Below are positions 53,994 to 64,000 of a DNA stretch of 64,000 bases, piece by piece (position 1 is the stretch's first letter; each line of letters begins with the position of its first letter). The position numbers and the translations under genes are program-made. The stretch covers positions 1,568,001-1,632,000 of the forward strand of contig CAXXLV010000002.1 in the NCBI GenBank assembly GCA_963664305.2. The letters are read 5' to 3'. The notes beneath the pieces were generated by a model, which saw only the letters and a list, made by a program, of their open reading frames with translations, did no database searches and was not told the DNA's origin. This stretch comes from an uncultured Aliarcobacter sp. (GTDB lineage: Bacteria > Campylobacterota > Campylobacteria > Campylobacterales > Arcobacteraceae).

Positions 53994-54511
53994 TGGCTGA
54001 TTTAATTTTTATTGCCTTAGCATTTTTTGCTATAACTGGGGCTATTGCTATGATTGTTTACCAAAGCCCAATGTATAGTGCACTTGGTGTTCTAGTTACA
54101 ATGATGAGTGTAGCTGGAATGTTCGCTCTTTTAAATGCAACTTTTTTATTTTTAGTTCAAATAATAGTTTATGCTGGAGCTATTATGACTTTAATTCTTT
54201 TTATTTTAATGTTTTTGAATATTAAAGATGAAGATTTACCAAATGAACCAAATAAATATAAATTAATTGCTCTTGGTGTTGCAATAATGATACCTTTAAA
54301 CATTCTAGTTTTAAAAGCTATTTCAAATCTTCCTTCAAAAGATTTATCAATAAGCAATAGTGATTTTGGGGCTATAAAACCTGTTGGATTAGAACTTTAT
54401 AATAATTGGATTATCTCTTTTGAATTAATCTCTATTTTACTTCTAATAGCTCTTGTAGGGTCAGTAGTTCTTGCAAAAAAAAGAAAATCTAAATTAGGTA
54501 AGGAGGATTGA
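53993..54511 (+). CDS. nuoJ: NuoJ
   Basis: QIIVYAGAI, FELISILLL. Confidence 0.93.
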   Translation: MADLIFIALAFFAITGAIAMIVYQSPMYSALGVLVTMMSVAGMFALLNATFLFLVQIIVYAGAIMTLILFILMFLNIKDEDLPNEPNKYKLIALGVAIMIPLNILVLKAISNLPSKDLSISNSDFGAIKPVGLELYNNWIISFELISILLLIALVGSVVLAKKRKSKLGKED

Positions 54512-54828
54512 ACATGATTTCACTTACATCTTATGCCTTTGTTTCAATGATGCTATTTTCAATTGGAGCAATTGGTGTAATATCAAGAAAAAATATCTTT
54601 GTTATTTATATGTCAATTGAAATGATGCTAAATGGAATTAACCTATTTTTAGTTACATTTGCAAGATATCATTTTAATTTAGATCCTCAAATAATTACAG
54701 TTATGGTTATATCTATTGCTGCTGCTGAAGCCGCTATATTTTTATCTGTAATAATTTTATTATACAGATCAAGAAAATCTCTTGATACAGATATTTTCAC
54801 AACTCTGTCACAAGGGGAAAAATCATGA
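54508..54828 (+). CDS. nuoK: NuoK
   Basis: SIEMMLN, AAAEAA. Confidence 0.95.
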   Translation: MNMISLTSYAFVSMMLFSIGAIGVISRKNIFVIYMSIEMMLNGINLFLVTFARYHFNLDPQIITVMVISIAAAEAAIFLSVIILLYRSRKSLDTDIFTTLSQGEKS

Positions 54829-56711
54829 CTACCTCTTTATTAGTTTGGATAATTTTAGCTCCATTATTAGGAGCAATAGCAAATGCTTTTTTATATTTTT
54901 ACCATATAAAAAAGCATAAAGTATCAGAAATTTATTTTGCATTAATAGGAACAATAACTCCTTTAATTTCATTTTTAATAACACTAAATTTATTTCTAAA
55001 AATGCTTGAAGAAAAGATTATATTTAAACAACATATTTTTACTTGGTTAAATGTAGAGAAATTAAATATTGAAATGAGTTTTTTAGGAGACAATCTTTCT
55101 ATATTTATGTCTATGTTTGTAACTTTTGTCGGTTGGTTAATCCATATTTATGCAATTGGTTATATGAAAAATGATGAAGGTTTTGGTAAATTTTTTGCTT
55201 ATTTCAACCTATTTTTAGCTTCAATGTTGATATTAGTTCTTGCTGATAATCCAATAATTTTATTTATTGGTTGGGAAGGTGTTGGAGTTTGTTCATATCT
55301 TTTAATCAAATTTTATTATGGTAAAAAAGAGAATGTACTTGCAGCAAATAAAGCATTTATTGTAAATAGAGTTGGAGATTTTGGTTTTTTACTTGGTGTT
55401 GTAACTCTATTTTTTGCATTAGGTCAAGTTGATTTATCATTTGGAACAATCGAAGCAAATATATCAAATGTTTCAAATGAATTACTAATAATCTCAGGAT
55501 TTTTACTTTTTGTAGGAGCAATGGGAAAATCAGCACAAATTCCACTTTATGTTTGGCTTCCTGATGCAATGGCCGGACCAACTCCTATTTCAGCTCTAAT
55601 TCACGCAGCAACAATGGTAACAGCCGGTGTATATATGGTTGCAAGATTTCATTTCTTATATGAAGGAATTGAAGAAATTGGATTATTTATAGCTTATATT
55701 GGAGCATTTTCAGCTTTACTTGCAGCAATTATAGCTACACGTCAAACTGATATCAAAAAAATCCTTGCATATTCAACTATGAGTCAATTAGGTTATATGT
55801 TTATTGCTGTTGGACTTGGTTTTTATTCAACTGGATTATTTCATGTTTTCACACATGCTTTCTTTAAAGCTATGTTATTCATGGGAGCGGGAGGAATTAT
55901 AATCGCCCTTCACCATGAACAAAATATTTTCAAAATTGCACAACATAGAGCAAATCTTCCAATTATTGGTTTTACATTTTTAATAGGTGTAATTGCAATT
56001 TCTGGAATTCCTCCTTTTTCTGGATTTTTCTCAAAAGATGCAATTTTAGCAGCAGCATTCCAAGAAGGACAATATTTAATTTGGGCTATTGCACTGTTTA
56101 CTGCATTTTTAACAGCATATTATATGTTTAGAATGTATTTTATTGTTTTTGTTGCACCAAATCATCATAATGAATCTTATGTTTATACATCAAAAACAAT
56201 TACTATTCCTCTACTAATTCTAGCTATTGGTGCTATAGGAGCTGGATTTTTAAATCTTCCTGCAATTTTTGGAGGAAATCATTTTGTTGATACTTGGCTT
56301 TCTCAACTTCATTCTAAACACATTCACATGGACCATATAACTGAATATGTATTAATGGCTTTATCTGTTATTGTTGCAGCTACAGGTATTATGGCAGCAT
56401 ACGTTAAATATGCAAATTTTGATTTATCTAAACCTGAAAATGAAACTGGATTTATTGGTAATAAATTTTATATTGATGAAATTTATGATTCACTATTTGT
56501 TCAACCAACAAAAGCAATATCAACATTTATAGATAAAATTATTGATGATAAAATCATTGATGCAATTATCATGAACTCTTCAACAACATTTGTAAATATT
56601 GGTAAAAAAGTTGCAATGATGCAAAATGCAAATGTTAGATTTTATGCTGCATTTATGTTAGTTGGTATGACTTGCATTTTTGTATATTTATATATTACAC
56701 TAGGATTATAG
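54825..56711 (+). CDS. nuoL: NuoL
   Basis: GWEGVG, WLPDAMAGPTP, HAFFKA. Confidence 0.96.
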   Translation: MTTSLLVWIILAPLLGAIANAFLYFYHIKKHKVSEIYFALIGTITPLISFLITLNLFLKMLEEKIIFKQHIFTWLNVEKLNIEMSFLGDNLSIFMSMFVTFVGWLIHIYAIGYMKNDEGFGKFFAYFNLFLASMLILVLADNPIILFIGWEGVGVCSYLLIKFYYGKKENVLAANKAFIVNRVGDFGFLLGVVTLFFALGQVDLSFGTIEANISNVSNELLIISGFLLFVGAMGKSAQIPLYVWLPDAMAGPTPISALIHAATMVTAGVYMVARFHFLYEGIEEIGLFIAYIGAFSALLAAIIATRQTDIKKILAYSTMSQLGYMFIAVGLGFYSTGLFHVFTHAFFKAMLFMGAGGIIIALHHEQNIFKIAQHRANLPIIGFTFLIGVIAISGIPPFSGFFSKDAILAAAFQEGQYLIWAIALFTAFLTAYYMFRMYFIVFVAPNHHNESYVYTSKTITIPLLILAIGAIGAGFLNLPAIFGGNHFVDTWLSQLHSKHIHMDHITEYVLMALSVIVAATGIMAAYVKYANFDLSKPENETGFIGNKFYIDEIYDSLFVQPTKAISTFIDKIIDDKIIDAIIMNSSTTFVNIGKKVAMMQNANVRFYAAFMLVGMTCIFVYLYITLGL

Positions 56712-56712
56712 T

Positions 56713-58200
56713 ATGAGTCCAGATATACTTTCATTTATTATATTTTTACCTGCAGTTGTTGCTTTTGGTTTGATGATAACAACAAGAGATATTAATACAA
56801 TTAGAAATATAGCTTTTTTAACTACAACTGTTATTCTAGCACTTGTTCTAAAAATTTATATAGAATTTGAACCAAGTTCAGGTATGCAATTTTTAACAAA
56901 CGTACCTTGGATTGAAAGTTATGGAATCAATTATTATGTTGGATTAGATGGGTTTTCTCTTACAATTTTAATGATGATTGCTATTTTAATACCAACTTCT
57001 TATTTACTTTTATGGGAAGGAAAAACTAAAGGTTATTGGATAAATATGCTTTTAGTTCAAACGGGTGTAACTGGTGCTGTTCTAGCTTTAGATGTTGTTC
57101 TATTTTACTTCTTTTGGGAAGTTATGCTTTTACCAGTTTTTTTACTAATTGGACAATATGGTTTTGGTAATAGAGTTTTTACAACTATTAAAGTAACTGT
57201 TTACACAATGGTTGGTTCACTTTTAATGTTTATTGCTATTTTATATCTTGGAGTTTCATATCACAATGAATTTGGAACTTGGTCTTTTGCATATGATAAA
57301 TTAATGACAATTACAACTATTGAATATAATACTAAAGTATGGTTATTTTTGGCCTTTTTAGCGGCTTTTGCAATCAAAATTCCAATTTTCCCTCTTCATA
57401 CTTGGATTATGGAAACATATAAAAATGCCCCTACTGGTGCAGTATTTTTACTATCTTCGATTATGGCAAAACTTGGAGTTTATGCAATAGTAAGATTTAT
57501 GATTCCAATATTTCCAGATATTTATGTTGAATTTTCAACTTGGTTTGTTGCAGTTGGTTTATTTGGATTGATTTATTTTGGAATAGCTGCACTTATGCAA
57601 GATGACATAAAAAGAATGTTTGCATACTCATCAGCTTCACATCTTAGTTTTATATCTGCTGGTATTTTTTCCTTAAATTCTTATGGTATAAATGGAGCTT
57701 TATATCTAATAATTGCCCATGCTATTGCGACGGGAGCCCTATTTTTATTAGTTGGATTATTACAAGAACAAACAGGATTTAAAACAATCAAAGACTTAGG
57801 TGGAATTGCAAAAAAAGCTCCAATATTTACTTTTATTTTTGCTGTTATGTTATTTGCAAATGTAGGACTTCCAGGAACAAATGGTTTTGTTTCAGAACTA
57901 CTTATAATTTTTGGAATTTATGAATTTAACACATCTTTAGGATATGTAGCTGCACTTACAGTTATAATTGGAGCTTCTTATATGTTATGGATGTTTCAAA
58001 GAGCAATTTTACAAGATAGACCAGAAGGTTCAAAAGAACTTGTAATGAGAGATTTAAAAATTAAAGAAATCATAGGTTTAATTCCATGGGTTATTCTTGT
58101 ATTTTTAATGGGTCTTTATCCAGAAATTTTTATGAATAAATTTGAACCAACAGTAACTCACTACTTAAATGACATCTTACATATTGGAGTAGCAAAATGA
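56713..58200 (+). CDS. nuoM: NuoM
   Basis: [18 protein letters not shown]. Confidence 0.95.
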   Translation: MSPDILSFIIFLPAVVAFGLMITTRDINTIRNIAFLTTTVILALVLKIYIEFEPSSGMQFLTNVPWIESYGINYYVGLDGFSLTILMMIAILIPTSYLLLWEGKTKGYWINMLLVQTGVTGAVLALDVVLFYFFWEVMLLPVFLLIGQYGFGNRVFTTIKVTVYTMVGSLLMFIAILYLGVSYHNEFGTWSFAYDKLMTITTIEYNTKVWLFLAFLAAFAIKIPIFPLHTWIMETYKNAPTGAVFLLSSIMAKLGVYAIVRFMIPIFPDIYVEFSTWFVAVGLFGLIYFGIAALMQDDIKRMFAYSSASHLSFISAGIFSLNSYGINGALYLIIAHAIATGALFLLVGLLQEQTGFKTIKDLGGIAKKAPIFTFIFAVMLFANVGLPGTNGFVSELLIIFGIYEFNTSLGYVAALTVIIGASYMLWMFQRAILQDRPEGSKELVMRDLKIKEIIGLIPWVILVFLMGLYPEIFMNKFEPTVTHYLNDILHIGVAK

Positions 58201-59717
58201 ATCAATTTTTCTATTTAATTCCAAGTTTAACTATCTTACTTGGTGCTATGGTTCTTATGTTTATGAGTATGTATGAAAAATTTAGTGTAAAAAATTTTAT
58301 TGTTGTTTCATCAGCTTTTTTAATTGTTGCATTAGGATTTACATTAGTAAATATAAATAGTTCATATTCTGTTCAACCTTATCCAGAATTTTTAAATAAT
58401 GTTTTAACATTTGATACTTTTTCAAACTTTTTTAACATTTTATTAATTGCAGGTACATTACTTACTTTACTAATTGGTGAACACTATTTCCAACATAGAA
58501 GTTATTTTAAGGGTGAATTCTTCTCTTTATTACTTTTTGCTTTATTTGGAATGATGCTTTTAGCTCACTCAAACGAATTAGTTACTGCATATATTGCACT
58601 AGAAATTGCTTCTTTTTCTGTTTATATCATGGTTGGATATAACTCTGATGACACAAAAAGAGTTGAAGCTATTTTTAAATATTTAGTTTTAGGTTCATTT
58701 ATTGGAGCATTTTATCTTTTAGGTGTAGTTTTAATTTTTGGTGCAACAACAAGCACTAATTTAGCAGATATTTTAGTATTTTTAAATAATGCAGATTCAC
58801 AAAGTATGGTTTTAGTATATATAGGATTTACTCTTATTTTATTTACATTCCTATTTAAAATTGCAGCTTTCCCTTTCCAATCTTGGTTATTGGATGTTTA
58901 TAGGGGTGCACCTATGATTATCACTGCTTATATGGCATCTACATTTAAAATTGCTATTTTTTCATTCTTTTTAAGAATGATATTAAGTTATATCTCACCA
59001 ATCATTGATTTCTGGGATACGATTTTGTCTGTAATTATAATTTTTACTTTAGTATTTGGAACATGGTTAGCAATTACTCAAGAAATTGTAAAAAGAATGT
59101 TAGCTGCATCATCAATTGTACATACGGGATATTTACTTTTAGCTTTTATTGCATTAGGATACAAAGAGAATCATCTAATAAATATTGATTCTGCGTATGC
59201 AATTATGTTCTACTTAATAGCATATTTATTATCTGCATTAGGTGCATTTGGATTAGCTTCACATATTATTTCAGAAACAAACGTTAAAGTTACATACGAT
59301 GATTTTAAAGGTTTAGCAAAACAAAGACCTTTTTTAGCTGCAATGATGACAATATTTTTATTTTCACTTGCAGGAATACCTTCAACAATAGGATTTATAG
59401 GTAAATTTTATGTATTTACAGAAGCTATAAATGCTGGATATACAGTTCTAACTATCATTGCAATAATTGCAACTATTGTTTCTGTTTATTACTATTTTAA
59501 ACTTATTGCAATGATGTATTTTTATCCTTCAGTTCACTATATTGAAACAGAAGAATTTAATGATAAAAGAGTTTCAACTTATGCAATTGCATTTGTTGCT
59601 ATATTAACTGTTTTAGGTGGTATTGGTTCAGCAATTGTATTTTTTATTCCTGCAATGAACATTGATGCAATCATTAATTTAACACAATTATCTGTTCAGT
59701 CATTATTTATAAAATAG
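58197..59717 (+). CDS. nuoN: NuoN
   Basis: [20 protein letters not shown]. Confidence 0.95.
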   Translation: MNQFFYLIPSLTILLGAMVLMFMSMYEKFSVKNFIVVSSAFLIVALGFTLVNINSSYSVQPYPEFLNNVLTFDTFSNFFNILLIAGTLLTLLIGEHYFQHRSYFKGEFFSLLLFALFGMMLLAHSNELVTAYIALEIASFSVYIMVGYNSDDTKRVEAIFKYLVLGSFIGAFYLLGVVLIFGATTSTNLADILVFLNNADSQSMVLVYIGFTLILFTFLFKIAAFPFQSWLLDVYRGAPMIITAYMASTFKIAIFSFFLRMILSYISPIIDFWDTILSVIIIFTLVFGTWLAITQEIVKRMLAASSIVHTGYLLLAFIALGYKENHLINIDSAYAIMFYLIAYLLSALGAFGLASHIISETNVKVTYDDFKGLAKQRPFLAAMMTIFLFSLAGIPSTIGFIGKFYVFTEAINAGYTVLTIIAIIATIVSVYYYFKLIAMMYFYPSVHYIETEEFNDKRVSTYAIAFVAILTVLGGIGSAIVFFIPAMNIDAIINLTQLSVQSLFIK

Positions 59718-59784
59718 TTTGTGTTAATTAGTAACATCACTACTTTAAATCTATCAAATAATTTGTCTATCTCTATCCAATAAT

Positions 59785-59806
59785 AAATCCCTTTAAAAGG
59801 GATTTT
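59785..59806 (+). terminator. Terminator after nuoN
   Basis: AAATCCCTT-taa-AAGGGATTT-T. Confidence 0.6.
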
Positions 59807-59928
59807 GTAACCAAATTGTAACCATAAAACCTATTAATTTATCAAACAAAATAAAGATATTTGAAGAAGATTTAAGCTATTATTTTGCTATTATTCAAAA
59901 AAAATCTAAATCGCAGAAAGGATAGCAA

Positions 59929-60729
59929 ATGAGTGACCTAATAGAAGGTTATTTAGGAAAAACAGTTGAAGGGAAGAAAAGTAGATTACCTGCAAAACTT
60001 GATTTTATGCAAAGTTTTACTGGTGGTTTCTTAGCTTTATTTATGTGGGCACATATGTTGTTAGTATCATCGATACTAGTTTCAAAAGATTTTATGTACA
60101 CAGTAACAAAACTTTTAGAGGGAAGTTTCATATTTGAGGGAGGAAATCCTTTATTAGTTACTCTTGTTGCTGCTGTTATATTTGTAATTTTTATTGTTCA
60201 TGCTGCACTTGGTATGAGAAAATTACCTGGTAACTTTAAACAGTATCAAGTTATGAAAGCTCATTCTAACAGTATGGGACATGATGATACAAAACTTTGG
60301 TTTATTCAAGCATTCACAGGTTTTGCAATGTTCTTCTTAGGTTCAGTTCACTTATATATCATTATGACTAATTCAGCTGATATTGGACCATACGAAAGTT
60401 CAGATAGAATCTGGTCTGAGTGGATGTGGCCTTTATACATTCTTTTATTATTAGCAGTTGAATTCCATGGAACAATTGGTCTTTATAGATTATGTGTTAA
60501 ATGGGGATGGTTTGACGGAGAAAATCCAAAAGCTACAAGAAAAGCACTTAAAAAAGTTAAATGGGCTTTAACTGTATTCTTCTTAGTATTAGGATTCGCT
60601 TCATTAGCTGCTTATATGAAAATTGGTATGGAAAATGCTAAAAATGGAACAGTTGGACAAAAATATACTCCTACAGCAAAAGTTATGGAGTTAAATATTT
60701 CAAATAAAAATGTTGGGAGAATTGCATAA
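59929..60729 (+). CDS. frdC: Fumarate reductase diheme cytochrome b subunit
   Basis: [10 protein letters not shown], four heme His, [10 protein letters not shown]. Confidence 0.95.
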   Translation: MSDLIEGYLGKTVEGKKSRLPAKLDFMQSFTGGFLALFMWAHMLLVSSILVSKDFMYTVTKLLEGSFIFEGGNPLLVTLVAAVIFVIFIVHAALGMRKLPGNFKQYQVMKAHSNSMGHDDTKLWFIQAFTGFAMFFLGSVHLYIIMTNSADIGPYESSDRIWSEWMWPLYILLLLAVEFHGTIGLYRLCVKWGWFDGENPKATRKALKKVKWALTVFFLVLGFASLAAYMKIGMENAKNGTVGQKYTPTAKVMELNISNKNVGRIA

Positions 60730-62714
60730 TGAAAATTAATTACTGTGATGCATTAGTTATTGGTGGAGGATTAGCAGGTTTAAGAGCTGCTGTTGCTGCA
60801 CAAAAAAAGGGATTAAGTACTACAGTTTTATCTTTAGTACCTGTTAAAAGATCACACTCTGCTGCTGCTCAAGGTGGTATGCAAGCTTCATTAGGTAACT
60901 CAAAAATGTCTGATGGTGATAATGAGGATTTACACTTTGCTGATACTGTAAAAGGTTCAGACTGGGGATGTGACCAAATTGTTGCTAGAATGTTCGTTCA
61001 CACTGCACCAAAAGCTATTAGAGAATTAGCATCTTGGGGGGTACCTTGGTCTAGAGTTAAAGCTGGAACAAGAGAAGCAGTTATCAATGCTAAAAAAACA
61101 ACAATTACAGAAGATGAAGATAGACATGGATTAATTACATCAAGAGACTTTGGTGGAACTAAAAAATGGAGAACTTGTTATACAGCTGATGCAACAGGAC
61201 ATACAATGTTATTTGGTGTTGCAAATGAAGCTTTAAAACACAATGTTGATATTAGAGATAGAAAAGAAGCTTTATCTATTATTCACGAAGGTGGAAGATG
61301 TTATGGAGCAGTTGTAAGAGATTTAATTACTGGTGAATTAGAAGCTTACGTTGCTAAAGGTACATGTATCGCTACTGGTGGATATGGAAGAGTATTTAAA
61401 CAAACTACAAATGCTGTAATTTGTGAAGGTACAGGTGCAGCTATTGCTCTTGAAACTGGAATTGCTACTTTAGGAAATATGGAAGCAGTTCAATTCCACC
61501 CAACTCCAATCGTTCCTTCAGGAATTCTTTTAACAGAAGGTTGTAGAGGAGATGGTGGAATCTTAAGAGACGTTGATGGTCACAGATTTATGCCAGATTA
61601 CGAGCCAGAGAAAAAAGAACTTGCTTCAAGAGACGTTGTTTCTAGAAGAATGATTGAGCATATTAGAAATGGTAAAGGTGTTCCTTCTCCATACGGATAT
61701 CACGTATGGTTAGATATTTCTATCTTAGGTAGAGAGCATATTGAAAGAAACTTAAGAGACGTTCAAGAAATTTGTATGATTTTCAACGGTATCGATCCAG
61801 CTGATGAAGGTAGAAAAGGATGGGCTCCAGTTCTTCCAATGCAACACTACTCAATGGGTGGAATTAGAACTAAACCAACTGGTGAATCACAAAACTTAAA
61901 TGGTTTATTTGCTTGTGGTGAAGCTGCTTGTTGGGATATGCATGGATTTAACAGACTTGGAGGAAACTCTGTTTCTGAAACAGTTGTTGCTGGTATGATT
62001 ATTGGTAACTATTTTGCTGATTATTGTTTAGCAAATGATGTAACAATTCCTACTTCAACAGTTCAAAAATTCATTGATAAACAAGACAAATATTTAGATG
62101 AAATTTTAGCTTACAATGGAAGCGAAGATATCTTCAAAATTAAAAATAGAATGCAAAACTTAATGGATGAAAAAGTTGGTATCTTTAGAGATGGTGTTAA
62201 CTTAGAAGCAGCTGTTAATGAATTAGAAGATTTATTAAAGAAAACAAAACAAATTAATGTTAAATCTAAAGAAAGAGCTGGAAACCCAGAATTAGAAGAA
62301 GCATATAGAGTTCCAAAAATGTTAAAAGTAGCACTTTGTGTTGCTAAAGGTGCATTACAAAGAACAGAATCTAGAGGTGCTCACTATAGAGAAGATTACT
62401 TAAAAAGAGATGATGCTAACTGGTTAAATAGAACATTAACTTCTTGGCCTGATGAAAATCAAACAACTCCAACAGTATCTTATGAGCCATTAGATATTAT
62501 GACTATGGAATTACCTCCAGCATTTAGAGGATATGGTGCAAAAGGTATGATTATAGAACATCCAGATTCAGAAAAAAGACAAGCAATTGTTGATGAAGTA
62601 ACAGAAAAAATGCAAGCTGAAGGTAAAGATAGACATGAAATCCAAGATGCATTAATGCCATTTAGCTTACCAATGAATTATAGAGAGAAAAACGAAAGAG
62701 CAGGAGATTTATAA
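60729..62714 (+). CDS. frdA: Fumarate reductase flavoprotein
   Basis: [31 protein letters not shown]. Confidence 0.97.
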   Translation: MKINYCDALVIGGGLAGLRAAVAAQKKGLSTTVLSLVPVKRSHSAAAQGGMQASLGNSKMSDGDNEDLHFADTVKGSDWGCDQIVARMFVHTAPKAIRELASWGVPWSRVKAGTREAVINAKKTTITEDEDRHGLITSRDFGGTKKWRTCYTADATGHTMLFGVANEALKHNVDIRDRKEALSIIHEGGRCYGAVVRDLITGELEAYVAKGTCIATGGYGRVFKQTTNAVICEGTGAAIALETGIATLGNMEAVQFHPTPIVPSGILLTEGCRGDGGILRDVDGHRFMPDYEPEKKELASRDVVSRRMIEHIRNGKGVPSPYGYHVWLDISILGREHIERNLRDVQEICMIFNGIDPADEGRKGWAPVLPMQHYSMGGIRTKPTGESQNLNGLFACGEAACWDMHGFNRLGGNSVSETVVAGMIIGNYFADYCLANDVTIPTSTVQKFIDKQDKYLDEILAYNGSEDIFKIKNRMQNLMDEKVGIFRDGVNLEAAVNELEDLLKKTKQINVKSKERAGNPELEEAYRVPKMLKVALCVAKGALQRTESRGAHYREDYLKRDDANWLNRTLTSWPDENQTTPTVSYEPLDIMTMELPPAFRGYGAKGMIIEHPDSEKRQAIVDEVTEKMQAEGKDRHEIQDALMPFSLPMNYREKNERAGDL

Positions 62715-63445
62715 TGAGTATTGAAAAAGGTAGAGAAATAACTATTTCAGTTCTAAAATTCAATCCAAGAAGTAAGGTTTCTAAACCTCACTTTGTTGAG
62801 TACAAATTAGAAGAGACTCCTGGGATGACTCTTTTCATTGCATTAATGAAAATCAGAGAAACTTTAGATCCAGATTTATCTTTTGATTTCGTTTGTAGAG
62901 CTGGTATTTGTGGAAGTTGTGGTATGGTTGTAAATGGTAAACCATCTTTAGCTTGTAGAACATTAATTGCTAACTATCCAACAGGAAAATTACAATTAAT
63001 GCCTATGCCTGCATTTGAATTAATCAAAGATTTATCTGTAAATACAGGTAAATGGATGGATGCAATGTCTAAAAGAGTTCAATCTTGGATTGTAACAAAT
63101 GAAGAAACAGACATTACAAAAATGGAAGAAAGAATTGATCCAGATGTTGCAAATGATACATTCGAATTAGATAGATGTATTGAGTGTGGTATTTGTGTTG
63201 CTTCTTGTGGAACAATGTTAATGAGACCTAACTTCGTTGGACCTGTTGGATTAAATAGAGTTGCAAGATTTGAAGTTGACCCACATGACAAAAGAACTGC
63301 TGAAGATTTCTATGAATTAATCGGTGATGATGATGGAATCTTTGGTTGTATGTCTTTAATGGCTTGCGAAGACCATTGTCCAAAACACTTACCATTACAA
63401 AACAAAATTGCTTACTTAAGAAGAAAATTAGTAGCACTTAGATAA
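62714..63445 (+). CDS. frdB: Fumarate reductase iron-sulfur subunit
   Basis: [28 protein letters not shown]. Confidence 0.97.
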   Translation: MSIEKGREITISVLKFNPRSKVSKPHFVEYKLEETPGMTLFIALMKIRETLDPDLSFDFVCRAGICGSCGMVVNGKPSLACRTLIANYPTGKLQLMPMPAFELIKDLSVNTGKWMDAMSKRVQSWIVTNEETDITKMEERIDPDVANDTFELDRCIECGICVASCGTMLMRPNFVGPVGLNRVARFEVDPHDKRTAEDFYELIGDDDGIFGCMSLMACEDHCPKHLPLQNKIAYLRRKLVALR

Positions 63446-63448
63446 TTA

Positions 63449-63529
63449 TTACGAAGGATTTACTCCTTCGTAAATAAAAAAATATAAAAAGTTAAATATC
63501 ATTAGTGATATTTAACTTTTTATATTTTT
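63449..63529. terminator. Two consecutive perfect hairpins after frdB
   Basis: 10-bp stem 63449-63473; 24-bp stem 63478-63529. Confidence 0.7.
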
Positions 63530-63541
63530 GGGAGATTAAAA

Positions 63542-64000
63542 ATGAGTTTAGTAAATGACTACTTTTTATTATATCACGGTATCACATTTGAACAAAATTT
63601 AGATGTAGAGCCAATAGAAGCAACTATAAATGAGGAAACATTTACTATATTTGCTTTAATTATAAGTGCAACGAGAAAAAATTACGATAAATTTTTACCA
63701 CTTACATCATTTAAAACATTATGTCAACAAATAAAAGTAAAAAGTCCTTCTAACTTAAATGAATTAAACCATTTACAACATAACATTATAGAGACTATCT
63801 TACAAAATAAATCTAAACAAAATATAAATGTTTTACACTCTTCTTTTGAATATTTAAAAAATGAAAATATTATAAATAGTGAACATTATAATAAACTATT
63901 ATCTTTATTTGAATACAAAGAATTAGATTTAATTGAAGAACAAACTCATAATCAAGTTGAAAAAATTGATGATGAAAATAAATCATCATTTAAAGATTTA
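63542..64000 (+). CDS. Truncated ORF, possibly N-terminus of a dynamin-like GTPase
   Basis: GGGAG RBS, open to window end (MSLVNDYFLLYHG...). Product guessed only from synteny: dynamin-like genes follow frdCAB in C. jejuni. No GTPase motif within window. Confidence 0.55.
   Translation, partial: MSLVNDYFLLYHGITFEQNLDVEPIEATINEETFTIFALIISATRKNYDKFLPLTSFKTLCQQIKVKSPSNLNELNHLQHNIIETILQNKSKQNINVLHSSFEYLKNENIINSEHYNKLLSLFEYKELDLIEEQTHNQVEKIDDENKSSFKDL

Noticed and set aside
8321..63437. Short antisense or overlapping ORFs in the track (e.g. 8321-8509, 18884-19150, 33218-33532, 42365-42697, 43331-43720, 63079-63291)
   Set aside because: Lie within well-supported conserved genes; no independent coding signal

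Overview
Very AT-rich chromosomal window. Gene content and order point to Campylobacterota, probably Arcobacteraceae (inference). Bases 1-7964 are the right part of an integrated filamentous phage (inovirus). It carries four tiny membrane/coat ORFs (three missing from the ORF track), a Cys-rich pIII-like adhesin with a Gly/Ser/Thr linker, pVI, a pI/Zot ATPase, its own pIV secretin, a multi-hairpin origin, a P2 gpA-like HUH Rep, an excisionase-like gene split by a T9 tract, and a tyrosine integrase. The rest is host core and respiratory DNA: an HsrA/CosR-like regulator with a kinase, rpsO, moaA, and a Crp/Fnr regulator coupled to an output-less NarX/PilJ-type sensor. Then come napAGHBFLD and nrfHAI, both preceded by identically spaced TTGA-N6-TCAA boxes, and a candidate sRNA before serS. 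Next are a His-rich CDF transporter with a perfect 75-bp internal duplication, trpS, hisG, coaX, a ThrE pair, a UbiD-family decarboxylase and patB. The window ends with a nuoA-N operon that has citrate synthase embedded, frdCAB and a truncated ORF. I saw no tRNA, rRNA or CRISPR array.
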